Shown here: positions 48,848-62,889 of the stretch, piece after piece | How positions within the stretch are numbered: the first letter of the stretch is position 1 | Layout: the number at the start of each line of letters is the position of its first letter | Source: Oligoflexia bacterium | GTDB taxonomy: Bacteria; Bdellovibrionota; UBA1018 | DNA: 64,000 bases | Direction: 5' to 3' | Assembly (NCBI GenBank): GCA_963758495.1 | Contig: CAVWVI010000003.1 | Coordinates: 1,568,001-1,632,000, forward strand | Translations under genes and position numbers: made by a program | Notes under the pieces: generated by a model | Seen by the model: the letters and a program-made list of their open reading frames with translations, nothing else | Told to the model about the DNA's origin: nothing | The model's database searches: none

Positions 48848-49705
48848 ATGTATACCCAAAGTAAATGTTGCATCATAGGAATTCCAGATCATCAAGCAGT
48901 AATTAATGTAGGGGGTCGTGTAGGAGCGGCTCGGGGCCCAGAGGTATTTCGGCGGAATTTTTCTCGTTTTCGAGGGCGAGTTGATCTTCTGGAGCTTGTT
49001 CATGATTATGGAGATGTAATTGGCTTCACGCCAGATGTAGTAGTGAACCATCGGCTTGCCGCAGATCTCATCTGCAAAGGACATCAAAAAGAAGGATTTT
49101 CAGTAGTTATAGGAGGGGGACATGATCATGGGTTTTCCCATCTTCTAGGAATTGCGGAAGCTCTTAAGTCGCGATCTAAAAAGTTCAACTTAGGATGTAT
49201 TAATATTGACGCACATTTAGATGTTCGAAAGCCCTCTCCAGTTATTACGAGTGGTTCACCTTTTTATTTAGCAGTGGAATCAGGAGTACTTCATCCTAGT
49301 CGATTTGTGGAGTTTGGAATTCAATCACATTGTAATGCAAAGGCTCTTTGGCAGTATGTCGATGCAAAGAAAATTAGAATAGTGCCTTTTTCAAAATTAC
49401 GTCAGGGAAAAGCAGTTGAAATCTTTAAAAGAGAGTTGAAGAAGCTTTGCTCTATTTGCGATGTCGTCGTAGTGAGTCTAGATTTAGATGCGCTTGCAGA
49501 TGCATTTTGTCCGGGAGTCTCTGCTCCTCAGGCTGAGGGATTTACTTCGATGGAAGTAGTAGAAATGATGGAAATTGCCGGTAAAGAGAAGAAAGTTAAA
49601 TCTTTGGGAATCTTTGAATTGAATCCCGAGCATGATCGAGATGACTGTACTGCTCGTCTTGCAGCAACGGCAGCTTACCATTTTATCGAGTCAGCTTTTT
49701 TTTGA
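48848..49705 (+). CDS. hutG: Formimidoylglutamase (arginase/ureohydrolase family)
   Basis: GRVGAARGP, GGGHDH, INIDAHLDVR, SGSPF, SLDLD, PGVSAP, ELNP. Confidence 0.8.
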   Translation: MYTQSKCCIIGIPDHQAVINVGGRVGAARGPEVFRRNFSRFRGRVDLLELVHDYGDVIGFTPDVVVNHRLAADLICKGHQKEGFSVVIGGGHDHGFSHLLGIAEALKSRSKKFNLGCINIDAHLDVRKPSPVITSGSPFYLAVESGVLHPSRFVEFGIQSHCNAKALWQYVDAKKIRIVPFSKLRQGKAVEIFKRELKKLCSICDVVVVSLDLDALADAFCPGVSAPQAEGFTSMEVVEMMEIAGKEKKVKSLGIFELNPEHDRDDCTARLAATAAYHFIESAFF

Positions 49706-50556
49706 GCTTTATCGAGCTGAGTGGCTTTATTTTTTAAATTTTGTAGTAATCGCGCTTCGCTGAGGAGTGCTTCTGTGGTTTTTGTAATAAATATATCCAT
49801 ATCATGCGTTGCATTAAAGACTTCATTGCAAGAATTAAATGCAGCATCCGCATCTGTTTTGATCAAATCTCTTGATTTTGCTGATGCGGTAGCTAAGATT
49901 TGGGCCGTTCGTATTAAGTCTCTAATATGTAAGCCCAGTTGTGTGAGAGTGGATTTTGCATCAGTGGACCAATTCATTAAAAATTCTGAAATTTCCCTTT
50001 CATGGGAACGTTCAGCAATGTTCTCCGTCTGTTTTTCCAATAGTTCGGGTGGGGATAATGAGGCTTTGGGTCTTATTATCAGACGCATGAGATTAAAAAG
50101 CAGTAGAAAAAGTCCGCCCAATGCCAAGTCGTTCTTTAAAGGACCATGGGATCCTAAAAATCCAGTATATCCAAGGTCAATTTGAACCCGTACTCCTTTT
50201 CCATGTTCAGGAATAAAAATTTTTGAATAGTTAAATTCCCCATTTTTCGAGTTGAACTCATAGTTTTCTGAGTTATTGATGATGAACTCGCTTTTGATGG
50301 GAGTGATCTCAATGGGGCGTTGATCCATGCCTACTTTGAAAAAACGCACGGCCCACGAGACGGGATCTTGTTCTTGTTTTTCTTGAGCGTATAGGCTCAG
50401 GGTTTCGACCTGCGTGACAATTTGTCTTGCTATTCGAAGACCTAGATTGATTTGATCTTGGGTTGAGTCTTTGACTTCAATCCAATAAGTCAATCCACTG
50501 ATGGCTCCAGCAGCAAGGAGAGATAAAATAATAGATAGAATACGGGTTATTCCCAT
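49675..50556 (-). CDS. Two-TM membrane protein with short cytoplasmic coiled coil (chemoreceptor-like topology)
   Basis: TM1, periplasmic segment, TM2, helical tail; sigma28 -10 TCCGATAA at 50566-50573. Confidence 0.6.
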   Translation of the reverse strand: MGITRILSIILSLLAAGAISGLTYWIEVKDSTQDQINLGLRIARQIVTQVETLSLYAQEKQEQDPVSWAVRFFKVGMDQRPIEITPIKSEFIINNSENYEFNSKNGEFNYSKIFIPEHGKGVRVQIDLGYTGFLGSHGPLKNDLALGGLFLLLFNLMRLIIRPKASLSPPELLEKQTENIAERSHEREISEFLMNWSTDAKSTLTQLGLHIRDLIRTAQILATASAKSRDLIKTDADAAFNSCNEVFNATHDMDIFITKTTEALLSEARLLQNLKNKATQLDKAQKKADSIKW

Positions 50557-50613
50557 CCGAAGAGCTTATCGGAATAAAAAGAGATAAATATGAGTCAAAA
50601 ATAGGAAGACCGA

Positions 50614-52098
50614 ATGGAATATATATTAGCCATAGATCAAGGAACAACAGGGACAACGTCGTTGCTGATGGATAGCAATTTGAATCGTATCGCAGAAGCA
50701 AGTGTGGATTTTGATCACTATTTTCCAAAGCCTGGTTGGGTTGAGCATGATTTGAATGATATTTGGACTACCGTTGTACAAACGGTAAGAGAAGTGACAA
50801 AACATATTGATCCTCGGAAGATTCTTGCTATCGGAATTACCAATCAGCGAGAAACTTTATGTTTTTGGGATAAAAAAACTTCAGAACCGATTGCGCGAGC
50901 CATTGTTTGGCAGGACCGTCGAACTGCGGATATTTGCGAACAGCTCCGTAGCCGTGGAATGGAGCCGTATTATCAAGATAATACAGGTCTTTTGATTGAT
51001 CCTTATTTTTCAGGGACTAAAGCCGCCTGGGCACTTCAAAATTGGGAAGAGGTAAAGAAAGCCTATAAATCGGGTCGCTTGGCTGCTGGTACGATGGATA
51101 GTTATTTGATCGCGCGGTTTTCTGATGGAGCCGTACATGCAACTGAACCGAGCAATGCTTCGCGGACTTTATGTTTTCATCTTCTAAAACATCGATTTGA
51201 TGCTGATCTTTGTGGACCACTCAATGTGCCACAAGATATCTGGCCAGAAGTTTATCCCTCAGTTGGGATTTTCGCAGTGACTAAAGGGTTCAATGGATTA
51301 CCCGATGGCATTCCAATTACTGGAGTCTTAGGTGACCAGCAGTCTGCTTTATTAGGACAAGCTTGTGTTAAGGAAGGAAGCGCCAAGTGTTCCTACGGAA
51401 CAGGGGCATTTCTTTTATTAAATACTGGTCGTAAACCCGTTAAAAGTAAACATCGTTTGTTATCCACGGTAGCATGGGCTATGACAGCCGATGATTATAC
51501 CTATGCTTTGGAAGGAAGTGCTTTCATTGCAGGAGCAGCAGTTCAATGGGTGCGTGATGGTTTAAAATTTATACGCGATTCAGCAGAAATTGAGGCCTTA
51601 GCTTCTTCAGTTCCTTCCAGCGATGGAGTTGTATTCGTGCCAGCTCTCACAGGTCTAGGTGCTCCTTATTGGGATCCTGGTGCGACCGGAATGTTTACAG
51701 GTATTACTCGAGGCACAACTCAAGCTCATATGGCAAGAGCGGTATTGGAAGGAATTGCATATCAAAATACAGATATTCTCGAAGCGATGAAAAAAGATTT
51801 AGGTAAGCCACTCACTTACTTGAATGTAGACGGGGGGGCATCAGCAAATAATCTTTTAATGCAATTCCAAGCAGATATGCTGAATACCATTCTCAGAAGA
51901 CCTAAATATCTTGAAACAACCAGTTTGGGTGCAGTATTTGCTGCAGGCTTAGGAGCAGGTTTGTGGACAGATCTTGCTGATATTGAAAGGACTTGGAAGG
52001 AAGATCGGGCTTTTACTCCACAAATGAATGAAGAAGAGCGAAAATTATCGATGGCCCGTTGGCATCAAGCTGTTGGGCGTGTGATTTATCGTGGCTAA
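50614..52098 (+). CDS. glpK: Glycerol kinase
   Basis: IDQGTTG, GITNQRET, DPYFSGTK, GDQQ, YALEGS, GLGAPYW. Confidence 0.96.
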   Translation: MEYILAIDQGTTGTTSLLMDSNLNRIAEASVDFDHYFPKPGWVEHDLNDIWTTVVQTVREVTKHIDPRKILAIGITNQRETLCFWDKKTSEPIARAIVWQDRRTADICEQLRSRGMEPYYQDNTGLLIDPYFSGTKAAWALQNWEEVKKAYKSGRLAAGTMDSYLIARFSDGAVHATEPSNASRTLCFHLLKHRFDADLCGPLNVPQDIWPEVYPSVGIFAVTKGFNGLPDGIPITGVLGDQQSALLGQACVKEGSAKCSYGTGAFLLLNTGRKPVKSKHRLLSTVAWAMTADDYTYALEGSAFIAGAAVQWVRDGLKFIRDSAEIEALASSVPSSDGVVFVPALTGLGAPYWDPGATGMFTGITRGTTQAHMARAVLEGIAYQNTDILEAMKKDLGKPLTYLNVDGGASANNLLMQFQADMLNTILRRPKYLETTSLGAVFAAGLGAGLWTDLADIERTWKEDRAFTPQMNEEERKLSMARWHQAVGRVIYRG

Positions 52099-53560
52099 AG
52101 TTAAAGTCCAATATTCTTGTCAGAATTGTGGTCATCTTTCCGCAAAATGGTTGGGAAAATGTTCATCTTGTGAAGCATGGAACTCTTATGTGGAAGAAAC
52201 AGCATTTGCCCCATCAGCCGGAAATGCACTTTCAGAGATGAGAGATGAATTCCGTGCCGCTCGAGAAGCTGCGCTTGAGTCCACCGGCTTACATGGGGCT
52301 CTTATAACAGGGCAAACAGTGGATTGGGTCGATCTAGATCCAGAAGTTCTCCCAGGAGGGAGCACTTTAGAGCAAGTGCCAAGGCTCTCTACCGGTATTT
52401 CGGAGTTAAACCGTGTCTTGGGTGGTGGATTACTGCGAGATAGTTTTACTTTATTGGGGGGAGATCCAGGTATTGGTAAAAGTACCCTTTTACTTCAAAT
52501 GGCAAAAGGTCTTCGAGAAGCAGAGGCTGACATTAAAATTTTTTATGTCAGTGGTGAAGAGTCAGTAGATCAAATTCGAGGAAGAGCACAACGCTTGGGT
52601 GTACGAGGGAAAGGTCATATTTTCTTTTCTGCTGAAACTCGGCTGGAAAGAGTATTTGCCTCGGTCAAAGAATTGCATCCAGATGTCTTAATTATGGATT
52701 CCCTTCAGACTTTTTCCAGTGGTTTTGTTCAATCAGCACCTGGAAGTGTGAGCCAAGTTCGTGAAGTAGCCGCAAGACTCATGGCATTAGCTAAATCAGC
52801 GGGAATTGCGGTCTGGCTAGTGGGCCATGTGACTAAAGAGGGAAATATTGCAGGCCCAAAAACAATTGAGCATATGGTCGATACGGTTCTCTATTTTGAG
52901 GGCGAAGGTGGGCAGAGTTATCGCCTGCTAAGAACAGTGAAAAATCGTTTTGGAAGTACACGAGAGCTGGGTGTATTTGAAATGAATGGAGAGGGTTTGA
53001 GAGAAGTAACTAATCCATCTTCTCTCTTTTTAAGTGAAAGAGAAACACCCGTTTCAGGAACCGCAGTTGCAGTACCTTTAGAAGGTTCGCGGCCGTTACT
53101 GGTAGAGCTTCAGGCATTGGTGACTCCATCGGGTCTTGCACTTCCCCGTAGAACCTCTGTCGGAATTGATGGGACTCGGGTTTCTCTTTTAGCTGCGATT
53201 TTAGAAAAACACATGAAGCTAAACCTAGCGGAGCAAGACCTTTTCTTTAATGTTGCAGGAGGATTACGCTTGAACGAACCTGCTTGTGATTTAGCGGCGG
53301 CTGCGGCGATCTGGTCCAGTGCAGAGGAACGAACACTACCGAGTGATGCTGTTTTTATAGGTGAACTCGGTTTAACAGGAGAAGTTCGTCGAGTAGCTCA
53401 AACTGACCTCAGAATTCAGGAAGCAAAAAGGCTTGGATTTAAGAAAATACTTTTACCTCAAAGCACACCTAAAAGTTCTTTGGAGGTCTTAATGGGAGAT
53501 GCAAGCATTAAGGTTACATTTTTGTCTAGGATTGATGAATTACCAAAAATATTTCGTTGA
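52091..53560 (+). CDS. radA: DNA repair protein RadA/Sms
   Basis: CxxC...CxxC zinc finger, GDPGIGKST, KNRFG, Lon-like C-terminus. Confidence 0.97.
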   Translation: MAKVKVQYSCQNCGHLSAKWLGKCSSCEAWNSYVEETAFAPSAGNALSEMRDEFRAAREAALESTGLHGALITGQTVDWVDLDPEVLPGGSTLEQVPRLSTGISELNRVLGGGLLRDSFTLLGGDPGIGKSTLLLQMAKGLREAEADIKIFYVSGEESVDQIRGRAQRLGVRGKGHIFFSAETRLERVFASVKELHPDVLIMDSLQTFSSGFVQSAPGSVSQVREVAARLMALAKSAGIAVWLVGHVTKEGNIAGPKTIEHMVDTVLYFEGEGGQSYRLLRTVKNRFGSTRELGVFEMNGEGLREVTNPSSLFLSERETPVSGTAVAVPLEGSRPLLVELQALVTPSGLALPRRTSVGIDGTRVSLLAAILEKHMKLNLAEQDLFFNVAGGLRLNEPACDLAAAAAIWSSAEERTLPSDAVFIGELGLTGEVRRVAQTDLRIQEAKRLGFKKILLPQSTPKSSLEVLMGDASIKVTFLSRIDELPKIFR

Positions 53561-53620
53561 TAATTCAATAACTTAATAGAAAACTCGATTTTTCTTCCGA
53601 ATCCCTGATAAAATTTAGGT

Positions 53621-57647
<4,027 letters not shown>

Positions 57648-57854
57648 TCAATGTTTTCAGCTCAGCAATTTCTTCTTGAGCTTTTTGCAGATCTTTCGCT
57701 AACTTGTGAAGTTCTGCCTGTAATGAGTTGGACTGATTTAAAGGACTGGAATTGCTTGATCGTCCCACCTCTGATGTGTTTATTCTCGTTTTGGTCATAA
57801 GTATGTAATCAATTGTATTTCCATGAGCTTTAAATTCAAGTAATCTTATTGTCT

Positions 57855-59150
57855 ATGGTGGTTCATTCAAAGACCCCCGAAGATCGGATACAGATTGGCT
57901 CAAAACGAAAAATTGCTTTCGTTTGTAGTGGTGGCGCGACTAAAGCTGGAGCTTTTCACTTAGGTGTAGCGTTAGCCCTGCAGGAACAAGGTTTTAAGTT
58001 TTACGGCGGTACTGCTCCAGTTTCGGGATTGCGTCCAGTTCCTGGGCCAATGGAAATATCGACTTATGTAGGCTCAAGTGCAGGATCTATTATTTCATCG
58101 TACTTGGCTGCAGGGTATTCATTGGATAATATCTTTAACTCGTTTCTAGGTCGGCGGCCGCAAGACAGTGATGTGGCAGATTTAACTCCAAAAATTCTGC
58201 CCAGACTCACCTATCAAAAGATGTTCAAACTCAAGCCAAGTTTGAAAAAATATCAAATCAGTCAATTAATTAAATTACGCAGATCTTTTTTTGATATTAT
58301 TGAAGGCAATTGGGAATCTCTTGTTCAATTTAAGTGGCTTAAAGCGACTGGAATTTTTTCTACTTCAGGAATTGAGCAATATATGAGGGAAGAGGTACTC
58401 CCTTCGAATCGTTTTCACGACTATTTAGCCGATCTTTTTATTGTGGCTACTCAATTGAATCATTCCCGCAAGGTTGTATTTGGAAAATATAGTTATCAGC
58501 CGCCTCCTAATGACTTAACGTGTCAATATAACAATGATGTAGGAATTGCAGATGCATGTGCAGCAAGCACAGCTTTACCTGTAATTTTTTCACCTCATGC
58601 CATTAAAAATTCGAATAACCAATTGACTCATTATATTGATGGAGAAATTAGAGATACCTTATCAACCCATGTGGCAGTTGACGGGGGAGCAGATTTAATC
58701 ATAGCGAGTCACACTCATCAGCCCTATCATGTTATACGTGAGCTTGATTCATTGATGAATCACGGATTGGCGGCTATTGCCATTCAGTCTATCTATTTAT
58801 TGATCGAGCAGAAAATCAACAACCACATCTATAATAAACAAGCTAATCGAAATGCAATAGATGCTGTTTCTGAATATTGCAAAAATCAAGGAATTTCTGA
58901 ACAACATCGGCTCCGCATCTGTCACATTCTTGAAGCACAATTACATCATCGAATGGATGTAGATACGATTTATATTCATCCCAAAGCGACCGATAAACAG
59001 CTTTTTTTTGGTGAACACTTCACTCTTTCTCCAAAGAAAATGACGGAGACAGTAAGAAGTGGCTTTCGAGCTGCAATTGAAACATTGAGAAGGTATGACT
59101 TTTTGGATCGAGAAAAGACACATGCTATTGGAATGACTGAAACGCTTTAA
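57855..59150 (+). CDS. Patatin-like phospholipase
   Basis: CSGGATKAG, GSSAG, ASTALP, DGE. Confidence 0.88.
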   Translation: MVVHSKTPEDRIQIGSKRKIAFVCSGGATKAGAFHLGVALALQEQGFKFYGGTAPVSGLRPVPGPMEISTYVGSSAGSIISSYLAAGYSLDNIFNSFLGRRPQDSDVADLTPKILPRLTYQKMFKLKPSLKKYQISQLIKLRRSFFDIIEGNWESLVQFKWLKATGIFSTSGIEQYMREEVLPSNRFHDYLADLFIVATQLNHSRKVVFGKYSYQPPPNDLTCQYNNDVGIADACAASTALPVIFSPHAIKNSNNQLTHYIDGEIRDTLSTHVAVDGGADLIIASHTHQPYHVIRELDSLMNHGLAAIAIQSIYLLIEQKINNHIYNKQANRNAIDAVSEYCKNQGISEQHRLRICHILEAQLHHRMDVDTIYIHPKATDKQLFFGEHFTLSPKKMTETVRSGFRAAIETLRRYDFLDREKTHAIGMTETL

Positions 59151-59398
59151 TGAGTAACGCGATGTTGTTCGTCAAATAAATCTGGATTGTGTTCTTGGAA
59201 GGAGTGAAAAAGTGACACGAGTGCCAAGTTTCCTAAGCTGCCGGCAATTTTAGTTGCTCCTCGGCTTAACCATTCCCAGCGTCCTGATCCAATCATAAAT
59301 CCCAGGATTAATGCACCTGCACCAATGACGAGCGGATCAGAAAAGCCACGATTTTTTAAAGAGTAAGGCTGATTCACCTTTTGATTTTCCACTTCCAT
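59147..59398 (-). CDS. Small membrane protein
   Basis: PLVIGAGALILGFMIG; AAGGAG upstream; own sigma54-like promoter. Confidence 0.6.
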   Translation of the reverse strand: MEVENQKVNQPYSLKNRGFSDPLVIGAGALILGFMIGSGRWEWLSRGATKIAGSLGNLALVSLFHSFQEHNPDLFDEQHRVTH

Positions 59399-59432
59399 AA
59401 TCTCATTTCTCCTTGCCGATCAATTTGGATCT

Positions 59433-59448
59433 TACAATGCTTGTGCCA
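59433..59448 (-). promoter_or_regulatory. sigma54 promoter (leftward)
   Basis: Minus strand TGGCACAAGCATTGTA (perfect -24 element, GT at -12). Confidence 0.6.
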
Positions 59449-59458
59449 TAGTTTTAGG

Positions 59459-59474
59459 TGGCATAGGCGTTGCT
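59459..59474 (+). promoter_or_regulatory. sigma54 promoter (rightward)
   Basis: TGGCATAGGCGTTGCT, near consensus. Confidence 0.75.
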
Positions 59475-59509
59475 TTCAGTTGTTTTTCTGAATGATAGGA
59501 GACTTATTT

Positions 59510-59758
59510 ATGGCTGAACGAATGAATACATTTCAAAATGACTCAAAAAGTAGCAGAGCGGACATGCTTTCAGATGCCACTGCTCAAATGCAAGAGGACA
59601 TTGAGCAGCTGGTTGAAGGGTTTGATTTAAAGGCTATTGCAAAAAGAGTTGAGGAGTTTGGGCGTGAAAACCCAGTAGGTCTTGCATTGACGGCACTTAC
59701 TCTGGGTGTTGCTGTTGGAATCCTGATGCATAACCCAAGACGTCTATTGAATCGGTGA
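59510..59758 (+). CDS. YqjD/ElaB (DUF883)-like tail-anchored protein
   Basis: VEEFGRENPVGLALTALTLGVAVGILM + basic tail; AGGAG RBS. Confidence 0.7.
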   Translation: MAERMNTFQNDSKSSRADMLSDATAQMQEDIEQLVEGFDLKAIAKRVEEFGRENPVGLALTALTLGVAVGILMHNPRRLLNR

Positions 59759-59766
59759 TACGGTTT

Positions 59767-60702
59767 TTATAAATTCATAAAAATTTCATTGATGTCTGGG
59801 ACTTTGTTAATAACTTCGACGCTCTTTAGTTGATCTGCAAGAGACTTCCAGCGATCTTTCAGCATAATTCCTAACCCTAGCTTCCTAGACTCTTCTGTTA
59901 AAATGAATTTTTTTTGTAACTTAGCACTCTCATTAAAAATATGGATATCCATTGAAGGGTTTAATTTATTCATGAATTCATTCGTATTTTCTGGATTATT
60001 TACGTACAGATTCCAACCTTCGCGGACTGCTTGTACCATGGACTTCGTGGTTTCTAAGTTCTTTTCAATAAATACTTTTCTGGCAATCAGGACAGACATA
60101 TAGGGGTTGAAGCCTTCACTTGAAACTAGAAAATTTGAACTCTCTTTACCTTGTTTTACTACTAAAAGTGGCTCAGAAGTGATGAGCCCCTGTTGAGAAA
60201 GTGTAGGGTTATGTAAAAAATTTGCAATCCCACCGAGATGAGGGACAATCGTTGCTTTGATGGGCCCCAGCTTTTTTTTAAGAAAAAGAAAAAATGGAAG
60301 TCCGCTTTGAAGCTCCAGTGTATCTTTAGACTTCAGAATGTCTTGAATCGATTTAAAATTTTGTGAGGGGTGGGACATAATGACTAGGGGACTATTTTGA
60401 TAAATAGCAAAAAGGGCGACAAGGTCGGTTCCATGAGAGCGGGAAACTAAAAGCTCTTCCGCACTAGCAATACCAAATTCAGCTTGCCCGGCTGCCACCA
60501 TTTGTACGGTCGGTGTGCCAGATCCTCCCGGAATAATTTTGACATCTAGAGATTTTTTATTAAATAAACTATTAATTTGGGCAGTATAAAATCCACCAAA
60601 TTGTGGTTCAGGTTTCCAATTGAGTACTAAATGTATTGGCTTTGCATAGGCTTGACTCAAGTAAAATAAACCTACCAAAAGAGATAAAATGATTTTTTTC
60701 AT
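59767..60702 (-). CDS. NMT1/THI5-like ABC substrate-binding protein
   Basis: Signal peptide, LNWKPEPQFGGFY, GGSG, VALFAIYQNSP. Confidence 0.85.
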   Translation of the reverse strand: MKKIILSLLVGLFYLSQAYAKPIHLVLNWKPEPQFGGFYTAQINSLFNKKSLDVKIIPGGSGTPTVQMVAAGQAEFGIASAEELLVSRSHGTDLVALFAIYQNSPLVIMSHPSQNFKSIQDILKSKDTLELQSGLPFFLFLKKKLGPIKATIVPHLGGIANFLHNPTLSQQGLITSEPLLVVKQGKESSNFLVSSEGFNPYMSVLIARKVFIEKNLETTKSMVQAVREGWNLYVNNPENTNEFMNKLNPSMDIHIFNESAKLQKKFILTEESRKLGLGIMLKDRWKSLADQLKSVEVINKVPDINEIFMNL

Positions 60703-60867
60703 TTAAAAATGATCCAATCTTTATTTCATAATTAATTTGTTCAGACCCATGCCGTCGTCTACAATAATAGCCAATTCAAGTAATAAATTCTAATTGAATC
60801 GTGTCTATTTGTAAGTAGTTCCATTTATTTTTAGTGCGCAGATCACGTATAAGGTAAGCTAGTTCTT

Positions 60868-61905
60868 ATGGAAACCTGTTCATTTTCAAATCTATCCCTT
60901 CCTTTTTCCTCGTCTTTGAGGGAAGCGAATCGCGAACTTTGGTTATCTATAAGTTTTGAATTGGCTGAAGAAAAGATGAAACAAATCAAAAAAAACCCAA
61001 AACCCACTTTTAATCTCAGCACCGTGATCGAAGAGGTTTATTTTTGTTGGTTGGAGCTTCTTTCTCAAGATCTGGATGAAAAGGTACCCGTGATTTCCCA
61101 ATGTAAAAACTTAAGCACTTACATTTTCAAATTTATCCTTTTTCTACAAAAAAAGTCGTCTAAATATCGAAAAATCTCAAAAATTTCATTTTTATTCACT
61201 CATACAAACTCGGATTGCAATGAGTATTTAAAAGACCCAAAAATACTTTCAAAAAAGGACGTCGTCTTTTTTCAAAGCAAACCCATCTTTATGAGTCAAG
61301 AAAAAGAAGTGATCTCAAATCCGCTCTATGGAGATGCTTCTCAGATTCAAAATTTCTGGAGTTCTTACGTTCTGAAAGATGAAGATCAATCGCTCAAGCT
61401 GCCTTTAGTGATTGATTTTCCAGGCACCTATTCTGGACAAACAGTCCGTTTGACGCTTGGACAAAGGAGTTATTATTCACTTCCCAACTCTGTATTGATA
61501 TTTGCCTTCAATAAGGACCAGCAACTCTTGCTTGTTCATCATAAGCAGCGTGGCTGGGAGTTGCCCGGAGGTAAAATTGAGCCTGGAGAATCCGCTGAAA
61601 ATGCAATCATTCGAGAAGTTCGCGAAGAAAGTGGTGTAATTATTGAAAAAGTTGAGCCTCTTGCGCAATACGAAATAATAAAAAGCGATTTATCTGATTT
61701 GAACCCGCAAACTACAAAGCGTATTTATTTCGCTCAAACTCATCAAGAAGCACTCATTACGGGAGAGGATACTGATGGTCGCCGTTTTTGTACCCCTCCC
61801 CTGCCGGAAGATGTCTACTTTGGAATAGAAAGTGAATGCTATAGCCTACTACTTAAAGACAATGTCTATAACATTGGCTTAAAACTCGCTTTAACTCAAA
61901 TGTAA
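60868..61905 (+). CDS. Nudix hydrolase with long N-terminal extension
   Basis: [29 protein letters not shown]udix box. Confidence 0.85.
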   Translation: METCSFSNLSLPFSSSLREANRELWLSISFELAEEKMKQIKKNPKPTFNLSTVIEEVYFCWLELLSQDLDEKVPVISQCKNLSTYIFKFILFLQKKSSKYRKISKISFLFTHTNSDCNEYLKDPKILSKKDVVFFQSKPIFMSQEKEVISNPLYGDASQIQNFWSSYVLKDEDQSLKLPLVIDFPGTYSGQTVRLTLGQRSYYSLPNSVLIFAFNKDQQLLLVHHKQRGWELPGGKIEPGESAENAIIREVREESGVIIEKVEPLAQYEIIKSDLSDLNPQTTKRIYFAQTHQEALITGEDTDGRRFCTPPLPEDVYFGIESECYSLLLKDNVYNIGLKLALTQM

Positions 61906-62289
61906 CTTCACTGCTCCTTGCTCTTCATTTTCCATATTTAAAATAGCAATCATTACTGAAACAAGCTGAATTGTAGGGTTTTTCTGGCAGAATTGCTTTT
62001 GCAGTAAGGCGTTGAGTTTTTGATAAAAAAACTCACTTAAAGTCTCACAAGTGGGAAACTCTCGCACGTTAGCGCTCACTTTTGAGTTGTCATTCAAGTA
62101 AGTCGTGCTCAACTCGTCAACCAAAAGCTGAATCTGATTTCTTAAAATGGGTATATCGGCGATTCGGCCCTCTATAGGCTGTCCCGTTAAACTGACCTCT
62201 AAACGCCAAAGATGGGGGTGTGGTATTTCATAGTCCGTTAAAGAATGAGAGGCTTCAAATCCAAATTTAAGAATGAGTTCTGTTTTCAT
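61891..62289 (-). CDS. PTPS/QueD-family protein, atypical (EIPHPH)
   Basis: FEASHSL, HPH, YLND, PTCETLS. Confidence 0.75.
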   Translation of the reverse strand: MKTELILKFGFEASHSLTDYEIPHPHLWRLEVSLTGQPIEGRIADIPILRNQIQLLVDELSTTYLNDNSKVSANVREFPTCETLSEFFYQKLNALLQKQFCQKNPTIQLVSVMIAILNMENEEQGAVKLHLS

Positions 62290-62302
62290 AAATAAAAATC
62301 AA

Positions 62303-62815
62303 CTAGTTTTTAATGGTTCTCGGGCGCCAAACGAAAGTCACACTATATCCAGGGATTTCTTCAATAGTCACTTCGACATCAAATACTCTTCTTTTTACTA
62401 AGTCCTGATCCAAATGACTGACAAAGCGATGACAAAATGTGGAAGCCAAAGCTTCTACACTGATGTTGCCTGTCTCTAAAAATACCACTTCATCAGTAGG
62501 AAGGACATAATGTTTCTTGCAAAGATAGAGTTCTATTTCATCCTCAGTTTTGGATATGATTTTCAAAAAAGAGCTTTTAGCAGGTAAAAGGAGCTTTTCA
62601 TTCCACTCCTTACAAACTTTCACAATAGAGTTTTTAAAATATTCAAAAGGGATTACTTCATCGGGTGATGAGTCATCAAGTCCTATAGAGACTTTTACCA
62701 CAAAAGTATGTCCATGAATAGTTTCCTTGGCCCCATCTCCGTAGATGGTCATGTGCCCTGAAGAGAAATGGAGAGATTGATCTGTGATATTAATCCTATA
62801 CATGAGTTGGCTCAT
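62303..62815 (-). CDS. PTPS family protein with PTPS-III-type motif
   Basis: FSSGH, ETIHGHTFVV, NISVEALA, VTIEEIPG. Confidence 0.8.
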   Translation of the reverse strand: MSQLMYRINITDQSLHFSSGHMTIYGDGAKETIHGHTFVVKVSIGLDDSSPDEVIPFEYFKNSIVKVCKEWNEKLLLPAKSSFLKIISKTEDEIELYLCKKHYVLPTDEVVFLETGNISVEALASTFCHRFVSHLDQDLVKRRVFDVEVTIEEIPGYSVTFVWRPRTIKN

Positions 62816-62855
62816 AACGGAGTATCTACCAAAGCCTTAGGGAAAAATCCACCCC

Positions 62856-62882
62856 TCAAGTAATTCTCATTTTTACCGACAA
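62856..62882 (+). promoter_or_regulatory. sigma28 promoter, apparently leaderless
   Basis: TCAAGTAA-N11-ACCGACAA, 7 nt before ATG 62890. Confidence 0.6.
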
Positions 62883-62889
62883 GAAGAAT

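Noticed and set aside
42479..49705. menH-like and hutG genes without their pathway neighbours
   Set aside because: Scattered pathway genes are common; the remainder may lie elsewhere in the genome.
60703..60867. TPP or FMN riboswitch upstream of the NMT1-like gene
   Set aside because: Hallmark motifs (CTGAGA...ACCTGA; GGGGTGAAATTCCC) are absent and the region is AT-rich.
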